A stretch of 64,000 nt of DNA from assembly GCA_028534125.1 (NCBI GenBank), contig CM052816.1:15936001-16000000 (forward strand). Reading direction: 5' to 3'. The notes below the pieces were generated by a model, which was not told the DNA's origin, searched no databases, and saw only the letters and a program-made list of their open reading frames with translations. The stretch's first letter is position 1. Each line of letters opens with the position of its first letter. Both the position numbers and the translations under genes were made by a program. Shown in pieces: positions 10,499 to 23,704 of this stretch. The DNA comes from Lama glama (Eukaryota).

Positions 10499-12489
10499 AA
10501 CTGAAGTTCCTGTGCTGGCCTGAGGTCAGGGCTGGGGGATGGGGGGGACAGGCACCCTGTGTGGTCAGAGCCTGGTGGTCTGAGTGAGGCCAGATGGGCT
10601 GTAGGGGGTGAGGGGATCCTTCCAGGTGGCCCACTCCCCTATCCAAAGACACATCACCATACCCCAGGGCTCATAGCCACTAGACAACCCCAGGCGTTGG
10701 TCCATCCTCAAGTCCTGGGGTACTGAACCCCATCCTGGGATTTGGAATCCCCCTGCGGTTATATAGCCTCCCTCCCCTTGAGGCAGCCAGCTGTTTGGGG
10801 GAGGTTGGCCCAGGTGACAGGGCCTGATCTGCTACCTAAGGAATCCATCCCTACCTTGCCAAGGGGTAGGGGATGAAGAACAGGGGAGTGGAGGAAAGGC
10901 TGAGCCTTCTGGACAAACCTCCATTCCATCCAGGATCCACATCTGGGGGTGGTTCCAGCCCCCCGCCCCTGAAGTGACTCACGACCCACATTTAACTCTC
11001 ATTAGCGCCTCTGAGCCCAGCTGGGAGGGACAACCGCCAGCTTCCCCCAGCAGACAAGGAGCTCTGGGTGGGCCGCCCTCGCAGCCTCAGTTTCCCCCCA
11101 GGGGCCTGGCCCAACGACAGGGGCTGCGTGGGAGAGCTGTGGCTCATAGTCCCCTTCATCTGAGCTGGGGCTGTCCTCCGCCCCATGGAATGAGGGACTG
11201 GGTGTGGCCTCTTCCAGGAACCCCAACCCCAATGCCCCTGCCATATGCACCACAGCTTCAGATAATCCCCCACCCCAACCAGGGCCCAAGGGTCAGGAAG
11301 GAGGGGAGGGGGAAGATGGAGTTAGATCTGAGGGGACTGAAGTTGCCGATGATACTGTGGCCAATCAGGCCCAGGCGCCCCCCCAAAAAAAGTGCTCCCC
11401 CTCAGCCAGGGCCTTACACAGAGCGGGGGTGGATGAATGGGGCCAGAGAAACGGGGACGTGGCCAAGGACCCATGGCCATTCTGACCTCCTTCCTTCCCC
11501 TGCTTCACAGCCTCGACCTTGCTCTTATTTTAACTAATTCAGCCTCTACTCCTTCAAGGTGCACAGGATGCCCTGGGCGCAGGTCTCTGGGAAGCCATGC
11601 CAAAGACCCCCACCCTACCCCAGGAGGGGCCAGTTCGGCCTGCCTCGCCCACACTCCCTCCCCTCTTCTCCTCTCTGTGGGAAGGAGGCAGCTGGGGCGG
11701 GGGTGGCCTCGGGAGCGTCTTGCCCGTGTGATCGTGCCGAGCCGGGAATTCGGGGCCATGTGGGAAAGACATTAGTGCCGGCCGCCCTGCCAGCTAGGAA
11801 TGCGCCCCCCGCTCTGCAGCCGCCGCCTGCCTGGCCCAGAAACGGTGACTCACCCGCTCCGTGTTCGTGTTCCCACCCCCTCATCGTGCACCCTCCACAG
11901 CCCACCACAGGCCTGGCTGCGGGCTTTCCAGGCTCCCTGCCTTGCTCCCGCTGGTCCTGCTACCTGCCTTGCCTATCCTCCAGTCTCTACCAATCTCATC
12001 ATGCTGAAAGGGATCACACCTCCTGGGGAGACCTCAGACCCCCTCCCCAGGCCTATCTATTCTCTGGAGAATTGCTGTGATTCAACACTTCTTTGGGGCT
12101 TAGCCCCCCAGGATGTCTCCCTCATTCCAGAAGTACTCACCTCTGGGCCCTCACACCCTTCCCAGAGGCTGGAGCACAGGGCAGGTGCAGAAAAAAGAAA
12201 GACATCAATGTTAAATTTGGGAAGCAGAGTATTGAGTGGGGAGTGCTGTTTCTCCAGCTTCCCCTCTGAGACCTTGGAATAGTAAACAATGCTACCTCCC
12301 TCAGAATATGTGACCTTGGATCCCTTGTCTGAGCCTTCCTTTCCTCACCTAATACAACAGGGATAACAGTGCCCACCCTGTGTGCAGAGGCGGCCTAAGC
12401 AGAAGCTTTTGTCTATAGTATCCTCAGCTCAGGGGCTGCGGCTGAGAGGGCCTCAATCACAATGACACAGTGATGGTGGTGATGACATT

Positions 12490-12640
12490 ACTAGTAATCA
12501 CAGATATTTAATGAACACCTACTATGTGCCAGGCCCTCAGCTGGGTATCTTCTAGATATTATCTCACATCACCCCTGCCTTAGTCTTGTGAGGGTAGGGC
12601 CTGTTACTCTTCTTTTACAAATGAGGAAACCTTGACATGT
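12490..12640 (-). mobile_element. MIR SINE
   Basis: ATTTAATGAACACCTACTATGTGCCAGGC...TTTTACAAATGAGGAAAC. Confidence 0.75.
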
Positions 12641-13169
12641 GGTGAGGGGAAGGCACTGACTCAGGGACCCACCTCCAGGGCTCTGGTCCCAGAACCCCCA
12701 GAGCTCTCCAGAGCCCATGCAGGAGCATCCTCTAGGTCCGACTCTTTCAAAGACCAAACTGGACTCCAGTAGGTAATCCCCTGCAGCTCCCACCCCCATT
12801 GGAACCCCACAACCAGCCTCCCACCTCACCCAAGTCCACCTCTCATAACGTTTAATAAGAAGTAATAGCACCAAGCAGCGGGCACCTGCCTCATTTTTAA
12901 TTATCTCATTTACATTTAATTTTCCCCACCAACGTGATGCACTTTATTAATGTTTTACCTAAGAGCATCTATTTATAGGCTAAAAATATGTTCATAAAAC
13001 TAATGGGCAACACTTCTCTTTTGGAGCCCCCTAGTTCAGAGGGGGGACCCCAGATGCGGCCTTAGGCCCTATGACCCAGCAACCAACATAGTTCTTGACT
13101 CTGGAATAATGAATGAGCAGATGTCCCAGAACCCTTCAGAGCATGACCCTTCCCTTCCAGCCCCCCAAA

Positions 13170-13370
13170 AGAATGATTATTGAGTGCTTACTCTGCTAGA
13201 CACTTTATGGGAATATCTCATTTAATCCCTGTATCAGACCTTACAGACAGGTACTATTAAACACCTGTTCTACAGATGGACAAACCCAGAAAGATGAAGT
13301 ATCCTGCCCAAGGTCACACAGGAAAAGCTGGTATTGCAAACTTAGGGTGTATAACTTAAAGCCTGCTCTC
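13170..13370 (-). mobile_element. MIR SINE
   Basis: TTATTGAGTGCTTACT...ATCTCATTTAATCC...ACAGATGGA...GCCCAAGGTCACACAG. Confidence 0.8.
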
Positions 13371-14558
13371 TGCACTGCAGGATTGGGTGGCCCACACAGA
13401 AAATCCATGCCCCGGTCGTACAGACACCAGCTCCAACATTTTGAGATCTTGGGTCTATGGGAAAGTGCACCCTGTGAGTCTCAGGATGTCAGTGGAATTG
13501 GGTGACAAGGTGAATGGGAGGAGTGGGACTCAATGACTCAGGTCTCACAGCAGTGGACTCCCAGGGGTCCTGGAGATCTGGGTATAGTTTTCCAGGCCTC
13601 TCAGTGCCCAATGGCTGTGACTTCCACAGAGGGTCCTGGAAATACTAGGGCACCCATCTTGCTTTTCCCCGTTGGTCCCGAGATGAAAGTGGGCCTCCTC
13701 TAAAGCACAGTGGATGAGCACAACTTCTGGTTTCCAGGAGGGAAGAGAAAATATGAAACCCAAAATGAAGCCTGAGCCTAGCGCTGGTGGAAATACATAG
13801 CTCCAGGGCAAAAGGGCAGTACAGATACTCTCCTTGACCTCAGCTCCTTGTGGGCAGCATGGACCCTCAATTTGGCTTTAGCCAGGACTGCAGACAGGCA
13901 GTATGGACAGTGAGTCCATGCCTTGGCCAGGCTTTAGGCAAAAGGACAGTGTGGACACTCACCTGAACTCCAGCCACACTCTGGGTGGGCGGTGTGGACT
14001 CCTCCTTAACCCCAGTCTTACTCACAGAACCAGGAACTCCTTTGAGATTTGAGGGAGCTACCCGCTGCCCCGCTGTAGGGGCACAGACCTACTTTTCTTT
14101 TCTTTTTTTTTTTTTTCAGACCTACTTTTTAATAAATGCCTGGGGGTCCCAGAAGCTCCACTTGTTACTGCAGGACAAGAGAGGGTCACCTTGGCACCCA
14201 AACGTCTGATTAGCACCCTTGAGCCACACTTACCTTCCAGCCTCAGTTTGCTTATCCAGAAAAGGGAGATTGTGACCTCAGAGAGCTGCCAGGACTGCCA
14301 TGGTGATTAAATGAGATGGGGCAGCCAGGGCTTGACCATCTACTCCACTCCTGAGTGTCTTCTCTTCTTTATAGCTCCCTCACTATATAAAAGAGAAAGC
14401 AAGACCCAGAGAAGCCAAAGGTATACCTCAAGATCACACAGCATATTGGGATCGGGGTGGAAGTGAACCAGGTTTAGGTCTCATGTCGGGGTGGTACTTG
14501 AGGAAACTCCATGGACTACAGTGGGTTAAGCTGCACCCTGGCACCTGGTCCAAGCTGG

Positions 14559-14597
14559 GTGTGTGCGTGCGTGCGTGCGTGTGTGTGTGTGTGTGTG
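14559..14597. repeat. (TGCG)n/(TG)n compound microsatellite
   Basis: GTGTGTGCGTGCGTGCGTGCGTGTGTG... Confidence 0.9.
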
Positions 14598-17500
14598 TTG
14601 CTGGTGAGGGGGTGCAGTGGACGGGGTGTCAGGGGAGCTGCTGCCGCCGCCTCTCTGGTATTTTTAGCCTCTGAGAATGAGCTGAGCTCAGGGCTCTGAG
14701 CAACCATCAGCAGTGAGGGAAAAAGGAAGGTCCCCGCCACCCCTCCCTACCACCGCCAGCCTGGAGCCGGGTTTGGATAGGGGGGCCAGCCTGGGAAAGG
14801 GCATGGACCCCAGGGACTGGAAGTAGTCAGGTCCTGAAACCCTGTAACCCAGCCCACACCCATCCTGGTCATCTTTCCCATGCCCCCTTTCTATGGGGTG
14901 TATCAGCACCCAGTCAAGCTGGCAGGGACAGGTACCTCCATCTCACCCCTGCTACCCTCGGCTTCCCCTGCTAGAAGCTCCGGGCCAGCTCTTGCCTGTG
15001 CGGCCAGGTCAGAGCTGCTTGGTTCCCATGACAACAGATGACAGCAGCAGAAGCTGCTGGCCACAGGGTCAGGGGTGAGGGGGGGTGTGGGTGTCAGAGC
15101 AGGAGAAGGGAGTGGGCCCAGCACAGAAGTGGGGGAGGGGGCTGGAGTGAAGGACCCTGAAACTACAGCCCCTTCTGGAGGTCTGAACTCTTAGGAGACT
15201 AGAACTTTGGCTGATTGATCCTGGTAGGTACTCCACTGCACTAATTGGGAAAGCTAGACTGGAAGGGCTGGCTGTGTCTTTGGTCATGTGATCACAAAGC
15301 CAGCTACGGGGTTACAGCTTGGATGGAAATCCTAGCCCTTGCCTCTCTCAGCCCAGGACTCTGATCCTCTGCTAGGATCTTGGGGGATAAGAGGTGGAGC
15401 CCAGATGTCTAGGATGTGAACAGATCCTGAAGCCCTTCAACCAGCCTGGCCTATAACTTGGAGTCCCCATCCTGTAATGAGTAGTCAAGGCCTCAGTACT
15501 GACAGGTCATTTCTATTCAAGTCTAGCCCCCCACTTACTAATACAGGATATGTTGTTTCCTTGGAAGGGGACATGGCAGGGAACATGATCATGTCCTCCT
15601 GCTGACTCCCCAGCTCAGCCCCAGGGGGCCAGGATGGGGTTGGGAATTTACCCTACATACCCAGATTAACTGAAGTCTTCACTCCAGACTTAAGTCCCTC
15701 CAAAGGTTGCCCAGGTTCCAGAACTGTCATTGGCTCCCACTGTCCCCAAGACAAAATACATTCACTCATCCTGGAGCTTGAGGATGACCCCATAGTCCCC
15801 TGGGCTCCCTCCAGTATGGTCTCCTCACTGTCCCAGTCTCCAAGTCTCCTAGGTAAGCAGGCTCAACTCTACTCACACCTCCTCCAAGAAGCCTTCTTGG
15901 CTCCTTCTATCCACGTAGATCTCTTGTTCACCAAGGAGTACAAGGCTTGAGAGTTGACAAGGACCTTTCACAGAGGACTTCTCATTCCACCCTCATAGTA
16001 TCTCTGGGAAGTAAAGCCCAGAGAGGGAAGCTTCCTGTAGAAGGTCATACAGCCTGTGAGCCTGGTATCCAGCTGCAAGCCCCCACTTCTCTTGGGGCCC
16101 CCTCTTGGCAATCACCAGCCTGTGGCCCTGCAGTTGGGATCCTCAAGCTCAGACCCAACAGTTTCTTTCTCCAATTCATTATACACAGAGAGCTACCACA
16201 TGTCCTCTGTCTCCAATGCATCCATTTACTCAACATTATTAAGCACCTAGCATGTGCCAGGTAGAAAATCCTCTCCCCTTTGGAGCTTATTTTCTAGCTG
16301 GGAAGACCAGCAAGTAAACAGGAGAGTTTACGTTATGATCACAGCAAGGCTGTGATGGGGCACCCAGGACAGTGGGTCCATGGAAGAGAGTTCTCCAGCC
16401 AGACTTAGAGTCAAGGCAGATTCCAACCACAGCTCAGCCTCCATTAGGTCCTCCCTGCCTGGAGGACTTTACTCCCATGTCTAACCTCAATCCCACTAGC
16501 TGCAACCCCTAAAAGACTTTGTAAGTGGGTGACTGGCTAAGAAAGACCAATACCCAGGCCCACGACCCCAGTGCTTTACCAACCAGCACCCCTTTTGAGC
16601 CCCCCACCCCCAGCTCTGTTTGGGGAACTGGCAGGCCAGCGGAGCCATGGGAGCCAGCAGGTGGTAGGTAGGCCGGCAAGGGTCAGGGCCTCCCCTTCCT
16701 GGGACTGCTGAGCCAAACAGGGAGCAGGGGAGGGAAAGAGGCCATGGGATTGCTGCTTGGTCTTCAGGGTCTGAGGACCACCAGGAAGGGAAGAGAAAAT
16801 GAGAAAAGAACTCAGTCTTGGCTTCCAAAATCCTCCCACCTATTGGAGCCATGAGGGCTGCAGGAGGCAGGGCAGGCTCCTGACACAGGACCCAGCACCC
16901 CCGCTGGGGGTGGGGGTCGGAGCACTGGGCACCCTCGTGATGAGGCCGGCTGCAGGGCGATTAATCTTGTGAGGCCTGTGCGTCAGCCCCCCACTCCTCA
17001 GCCTCCCATGGTCAACCCCACCCGCGCTGCCCTGGGAGTTAATCTCTGCTCGGGGGACTTCTCAGCCGCTGTCACGGCTGCATTAATTCTGAGGCAGAGG
17101 GAGGCAGGCAGGAGGGACACAGTTGTGGCGGGGGTTGGGGGGAGGGGGGAATAGACTCCTTGGAAAGGTTTCATGGTCAGCAGCTGGTGAGGAGGGGTCC
17201 CAAAGGATGGGGCCTGGGTCCCCTTCAAGGCCCAGCCCTCAATGAGGGGTTGGGGGTGTCTAGATTATCCCCTTCAGACCATCATAGCCCCTGCACCCCC
17301 GGCCTCTAGCCCTCAGCCACCAGCTGAGCCCCAAATGCAGTTTGCAGTTTTGACAGCAGATGTCTCTCCTATTATGATTTATCAAAATGCTTAAGGTAAA
17401 TAATACACACATATTTATAGTAAAGGAGGGGGGCGGTAAAAGGTGGGAGGAACTGAATGGGGTCGGGGGGTTTGAGGCCAAGGACTCAGAACATCCTTGC

Positions 17501-18124
17501 CTCTGTCCCCAGCCCTCCCCACTCAGAGGAGGCTTGACCCGGCCTGGCCCTAGGGAAAGTGGGCTGGGGTGACATCAGACCTGCCCAGCTGCCTGCCTGA
17601 GCCTGGCCCCCAGAGGTCGGTCAGGGAGTGGGTGGACCTGCCTTGCTGGGCCCCCGCCAGGCTTGGGAGGCAGCCACCTGGGGGAAGCGGCTGAGCCAGC
17701 CTCACACCTCGGCCTCGTTTCCATGGCTTCACTGCGTCCTGGCTCCCGAGGGCTCTGTCGCCTTATCAACGGCGGCGCAGCGGGCACTGCCCTTGCCCTC
17801 ACCCTCGCAGCCACTCCCCCCGGAACCCAGCAGCTGCCTGTGGATCCCACTGCGGCAGAGCCAAAACTCAGCTACAGGCGGTGTCCCTTCCTGGGCAGGC
17901 TCAGAGCTGTGTGAGGGGCTGGGAGGGTGGTGGGAAGATGCCAGGAAGGTGGAGGGATGGAGGTCTTTGTACCTCCAGGCTGCACCCACTTTGCGCCCCC
18001 CAGATACCCACACCCTGTCATTCCAGGGAAGTGGGCAGTGATCCTGGGCTATGCTCTCATCCCTCACTCTCACTCCAGTGTGCTCTTTGTTTTCAAACCT
18101 TTTCTGGGCTTAAGAACGTTTAGT

Positions 18125-18260
18125 TAAAGAACTTTATTGGGTTTTCTGACTTGAAAAGCAATATACGTTTTCTGCAAAAACAAAAAGCAAGGAAATAAAA
18201 TGTCAGAAAGGACAGAAGAGTTTGAGTAAGTAATGCTTGACCCTAATCCCACATCTGGGC
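18125..18260 (-). mobile_element. Old L1 (L1ME-like) 3' end fragment
   Basis: AAAAGCAATATACG...AAAATGTCAGAAAGG...CCCTAATCCCAC, resembling antisense L1ME 3' UTR. Confidence 0.5.
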
Positions 18261-18369
18261 AGGACCACAGGCAGCATGTGGGATAGGGACTGGGTGTGTA
18301 GGGGGGTCTCTTCCAGCCAAAGCCTGAAGCATAACCAGGTGTTTAAAGTCAGCTTCTAAAAACAGAGAA

Positions 18370-18540
18370 ACTGGACTGTGTGACCTTGTATGTCTCCCTA
18401 CCTCTACCTCTTTGAGCCTCAGCTTCCTGATCTATAAAAGGGGATAACAAATCAATGCCATCCTCACAGGGTTGTAAGGATTAAGAAAGCTGGAAAGTGC
18501 AATGGATGGCCCAATGCCTGGCACACGGGCAACAAGCTCT
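18370..18540 (+). mobile_element. MIR SINE
   Basis: CTGTGTGACCTTG...GAGCCTCAGCTTCC...CTCACAGGGTTGTAAGGATTAA...TGCCTGGCAC. Confidence 0.8.
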
Positions 18541-21251
18541 ATGTCTTGTGAGGTGGGGGATACTGTTAGCACCTCTAACCAAGGATAGAGGCAGAATATG
18601 GAGGTTTTAGGGGGCTGGGGAAAGGGGGCTCTTTCTAGTAAGTTTCCCCTCACCTGTGGACAGTACTCCAATTAGAATTGGAAACACACGAGAGGAAAAA
18701 AATGTCCAGAAAGAGATGTGTTTATTCAGCCCACAGAGGTTTTCTGGTGCCAGTGCCGCCCTTGCTGAGCTGCAAACCGCAGCCCTGAAGCCAGGTGGTG
18801 TCACCCAGAGTGATTGGCAGTGATGGGGGTGGCACTGGGACACTAGACCTGGCCTGTAGAGGTTAAGAAAGCTCTTGTAGGAGGCACCACCTGAAAAGGG
18901 AGGGAGGCATCAGTCAGGGAGAAAGCAACAGGAAGCAGTCCTGCATGTGGACAGGGCTGGGGTCACTGGCCACCAGAGCCCCCAGCCCCAGCCCTACCCC
19001 TAGCCCAGGCCTGGAGCCCTGGAGGACCCTGCTCTCCTCCCCTGGACCCACCCCATCTTCACGCCCTGCTGCCTGGAATCTGAGGCAGCCCTTGTTCTCT
19101 GGCAGGAGGGGAATTTAATGCCACTGAGGGATGGCAGGTCGACAGGCGAAGAGAGATGAAAGTGTCCGCTCTGGCAGCTGGGTCGGTGGCCTCGTGGGAC
19201 CCTCCCACCCCTTCTCTATCTTCCCCAGCCATTCTCAATTCAGCGTGGCAGGAAGAGCCCTCAAGGGGCCCTCAGGGGAGCTGTGGACCACCAGGGACAG
19301 GACTCTCTGCAGGGCTGTGTGAGCTTGGGGGCAGCTGGGCCTCTCTGTGCCGATTACCTGCCTACAGGGTGCCTGGGCCAAGGTCTGTGTTATTAACATG
19401 CTGGTGGCTGCTGTCCCTCCCCCGCCTTGGCTGTTGTCAGCAGTGCCTGTCAGCAAAGAGCTGCGGGTGGGCAGTGGGGGGCCAGGGCTGGCTGCACAGT
19501 GACCTCCATCCATCCATCTCTGGCACCTGGGAGGGAGTGGGAGCCGGTGCTGCAATCAGGTCAGGCCTAAGCGGCCTTGACTGCAGCAGAGTCATGCAGC
19601 CATCACTACCTCCTTCTTTGTGACAGCACAGAGCTGGGCTGAACCTGGGAATAGAGGCTGGGGACCCAAGACAGAATCTGCCCCTGGGCCACCAACCCCA
19701 TGTGCTTGTTGGAGGTACTATGTGTTTTGTTGCTGTGAGGTGACCTTGTTGCTCTGCAAAGCACCCTGCCAAGTGTCCCACCCTACAATCCCTGGTTATT
19801 CTGCCCTTTTTTCCTGGGAACAGAGAGGCAAGGGCATTTGGCCAAGGTCATCCACAAAGGCACATGGACACACACACACATGCAGATTGTGGCTTTGACA
19901 CACGGTGACCACGAAGAGAGGACTAATATGTCCAGATTCAGACTCCCAGGCCCTCTTTCCTATCCATGGAGGGGGCCTGTCTCCCCAAAGCAGGCTAGTG
20001 CAAGGGTCTGACAGCCAGGAGCCCAGGTTCAGTGGCCTACTACCATCTTGCTCTGTGACTTGGGCATGTCACATGTGACTCTTGGGCTTCAGTTTGTCAT
20101 CTGTGAAACAGATAATCCCTATCCCAATGACTTTCTGGAGCCAAGGGAGCAAATATACTTAACAAATGGAAATCATCCCAGACTGAAGACAGCCTCCAAC
20201 TAGCCTTGCGCCGTGGGGAAGTACCCATACAGGGCCCAGTTCTTGGCCTACAATCACCCAATACACCACAGGGGCTGTCCTGCTTCCTTCTTCCTGCATA
20301 ACATGACCACAGTAAGCTCATAGCAGGGGGTCCAAGGCCCAGTCTGGAATGTTGAATCAGGCTTGGAGGCATGCAACAGGGGCCCCAGTTTGAGTCGGGG
20401 GATAAGAGCAGCAAGGGACTAGGTCAGAACAAACCCCACTGCCATCGGTGGGGGAGAGGGTGCTTGGCAGGCGCTCGGCAGGCTGGGGTGGGGAGAAGCC
20501 TTTGGCGGCCACAGAGAACAAAGAAGCTGGGGTTGCCAGGATATTCTGTGGCGCTGAAGCCGGCGGTGGTGGGGCTGGGAGAGGGGCCGTGGCGGCCGTG
20601 GGAACCATGCCTGCTGCCCCCAAGCCAGCTCCCCAACCCAGACTGGGCCTCAGGGGCAGGTTGGGGGTAAGAGGGGTTGCCAGAGCCCTCACTCTGTCCA
20701 CAGAGTTGCACGGCTGTCAGGGCAAAGACCTAGGAAATGCTGCAGACAAACACATGGTGCATGATGTCAGCATCATCGAGGGGATCACAGGTGCACATTG
20801 ACACACAATGTCACGAGCACACACCCAGGGTTATAAAGGCAGCTTCACAAGGTCACAGCATGGTCACAAGCCAGCGTCACATTCACACAGAATCCCTGAT
20901 ATCAGTCTCAAGGCCACACCCACAATGGTCACACAGACACAACACAAACCACAGAGAACCACCCAGTGTCTTGTCACAGGGTCATGCATGCCATACAATA
21001 TCAGTGTTGCATATCCAGTGTCACACATTCAGTTGTACAACCTAGTATCAGACTGGGTCTATTACAGGATTGAACAATGTCACAGGATTATATATGCAAT
21101 GTCACAGAATGTCCCCAGAGTGTGGGGCTGCTGACATGAGGCCTCACATCAGTCTACCTCACAGTCGCAGACCCATTTTAATCATGTCACAGTGTCACAC
21201 AGAGCCACATGGCTGCACAAGGCCTTACACAGTTGTCAAGGCCTTGAAGCA

Positions 21252-21254
<3 letters not shown>

Positions 21255-21298
<44 letters not shown>
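21255..21298. repeat. (CT)n(CA)n compound microsatellite
   Basis: CTCTCTCTCT followed by about 14 CA units. Confidence 0.9.
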
Positions 21299-21301
<3 letters not shown>

Positions 21302-23704
21302 CTACAAGGAGGCTGGGTTTGTCTCCAGCCCCATGTGCACTCACTCTCAGCCTCTCGAACCATACCCTGCCACCCAGGTTGGGGGACGGGGTGCTTGAGG
21401 TGAAGACCCGGGTCACCAGGAGGTCAAGCTCCCAACTGTAGCAGAGGGGAGCTGAGGGCACCCCCAGGGAGGGGAATTGGACATACAACTCCACAGGGAA
21501 GCCTGTCTCTCAGTACTTCTCAGTCAGACGGAGAGCAGCAGGGGTGAGCCTGCAACAGAAAGACAGAGGTAAGAGATACAGAGAGGTACAGAGACGTAGA
21601 GACACAGGAGACACGTAGAGACTCAGAGACTGGAGATGACAAGACAAAGACAGAGACACGGAAAAGAGAGCCAGAGACCAGCAGGGACCATCAAGACAGA
21701 GAGCCAGATAGAAACAGGCAGAGACAGACATGCCGGAGCAGGGCCTGCCCAGCACTGGGGCAGCAGCTAGGTCACCCTGTGGAGAGATGAGACGTGGGGA
21801 GGCTGGGGCTTTAGGGAGGACACACACCCTGGGTGGAAGGTGGGGTGCATCTTGGTGAGATGTAGGTGAATAATAGTTTTAAAATAGCAGCGCCAGCTGC
21901 CATTGACTGAGTACTTATGAGGAGCCAGGCCCTTCCCTAGAGTGATCTCATCTCATCCTCAGGCAACTTCATGGCAGAGAGACTCTTACTGTCCCCGTTT
22001 CCCAGATGAGGTAACTGAGGTCTCATCATGTGTTTATCCCCACCCTTGCCCAGCCTTCTCCAGAGGGGCTGGACTACCACTTCCACAAAACAGAGCATGA
22101 GAAGCCAGAGTTGGCAGAGGCGAGGGGCTACAAGCTTAGGGCTCCTGTGTTGGGGGGTGGGCCCAGGAGCCACGGCTGGACTGCGGGTTGGCACACGACA
22201 AGGTACAGGCCGGCTGAGTCACAGCATCCCCCCCTTGGGGCTGGCACCAGAGCCGTCCACCCCACACCTGTAGGCATGCCAACGAGGGCTGGCCGAGGCC
22301 ATCTGCGGCCTGTGTGCTGCCAGCAGCCAGGCGGGGGGCAGGCAGAGGCCTCCTGCCCAGGTGCCCCCTGCTGGACAGGCTTCCCGCCCCTACTCCCCAG
22401 GGAGGACCCTCCCCACCTCCAAAAGGTTCTGGAGGTGCCACGGTCTGCCTTGTGCAGGGGGCGAGGGTGCCCCAGGCGGCAACACCTCCCCCTGCTCCCC
22501 GCTGGACGCCCCCACCTTCGGCAGAGCCGCCTGGAGAGATCACAGGCAGCCACATGAAAGGGAATTTTTCCCAGGCAGAGATGAAGTTGAAAGCTGCCTC
22601 CCACCGCCCCCGCCTGCCCCCGCTGTGCCAGGCCAGGCTGCTGAGCTCCTGGTGCTCGAAGGGAGCTTGTGACACCAGGGAAGGGGTTGAGGGTCAGAGC
22701 CCCTGCCCAACATGGCTGCTTTTTCTCCTCCCCGGAACAATGGCAGAGATAGCCCGTTTCCCCTACCTCACTGCCCACTCAGCTTCAGAAGTCGCCCCTT
22801 CCCTCATCCCCAAAGCCCTTACCCACCTGAAGCCAGACCCCAACATCGTCGGTAAGTCCTTCCTCAAGTCTAGCTCCATCTCAACAAGGCTCTGAGCAGC
22901 TGGATAGAAAAAATGGTCAAGCGGATGACAGGCCTCATCCTGCAGGCCGGTCTCTGTGATGTCCAGGGGTGGGGCGTGCAGCTGCCACCCCTTCCTGTTC
23001 AGGCTGCCTTGGCCTAGACCATGTGGCTGTGTGGTGACTTCCCCAGACATCTGGCCCTGGAGGTCCCAGACAACCTTATGCCAACAAACTTCCTGGGGGG
23101 TGGGGACAGTCACACAAGAGCCAAAGTCAGGGACACCTCTAGGCCCTAGTACAGCAGCCTGAAAGGGAGTAATGTGGGGATGGTGGGGGGTGTCTGTGTG
23201 TGTGCCAGGCACAGCCAAGTCCCCATGAACCTGGGCTAAAGCCAATCCCTGGGGAATCACCTCAGTGGCTGGGGAGCACTAGATCCCTGCAACTGAGAAG
23301 AAAGAAATAAGAACCTGAACAGGCAGCTCAGGCCCCACCTCTAGTACCGCTGGCTGCTTTGCATTGATCAGGCTTGATGACTTTAGGTAAACAGAGAAGG
23401 TAGCACCAGGTGAGTGAAGGTCCGTGGAGGTCCAGATCCTGAGGCAGTGGGCACAATCAGGCAGGCGAGGTGCTCCAGTACCAGCCACTTCCAGATTAAG
23501 GGAATTTCCATCCTGTCGGCCAGGCTGGCTGCTCCTGCTTGCCCTGCTTCTGGATCCAGAGGGCCTCACGTTCCATGAGGTCCCCACTCTAAATGTCCCT
23601 GGGCCATCCTTTTTCCTTTCCAAGGTGGTCCCAGCAAACCCGCCCAGCAACAGCCCCCAAACCAGGCCCGAGAACCGGAGAGCAAGAAGCCAGTGGTGCT
23701 TCGT

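Noticed and set aside
10190..10652. CVCVCV / HTHTHT ORFs
   Set aside because: Translations of (CA)n microsatellites.
22030..22895. Overlapping 175-216 aa ORFs on both strands
   Set aside because: GC-rich intergenic sequence open in several frames; no homology recognised.
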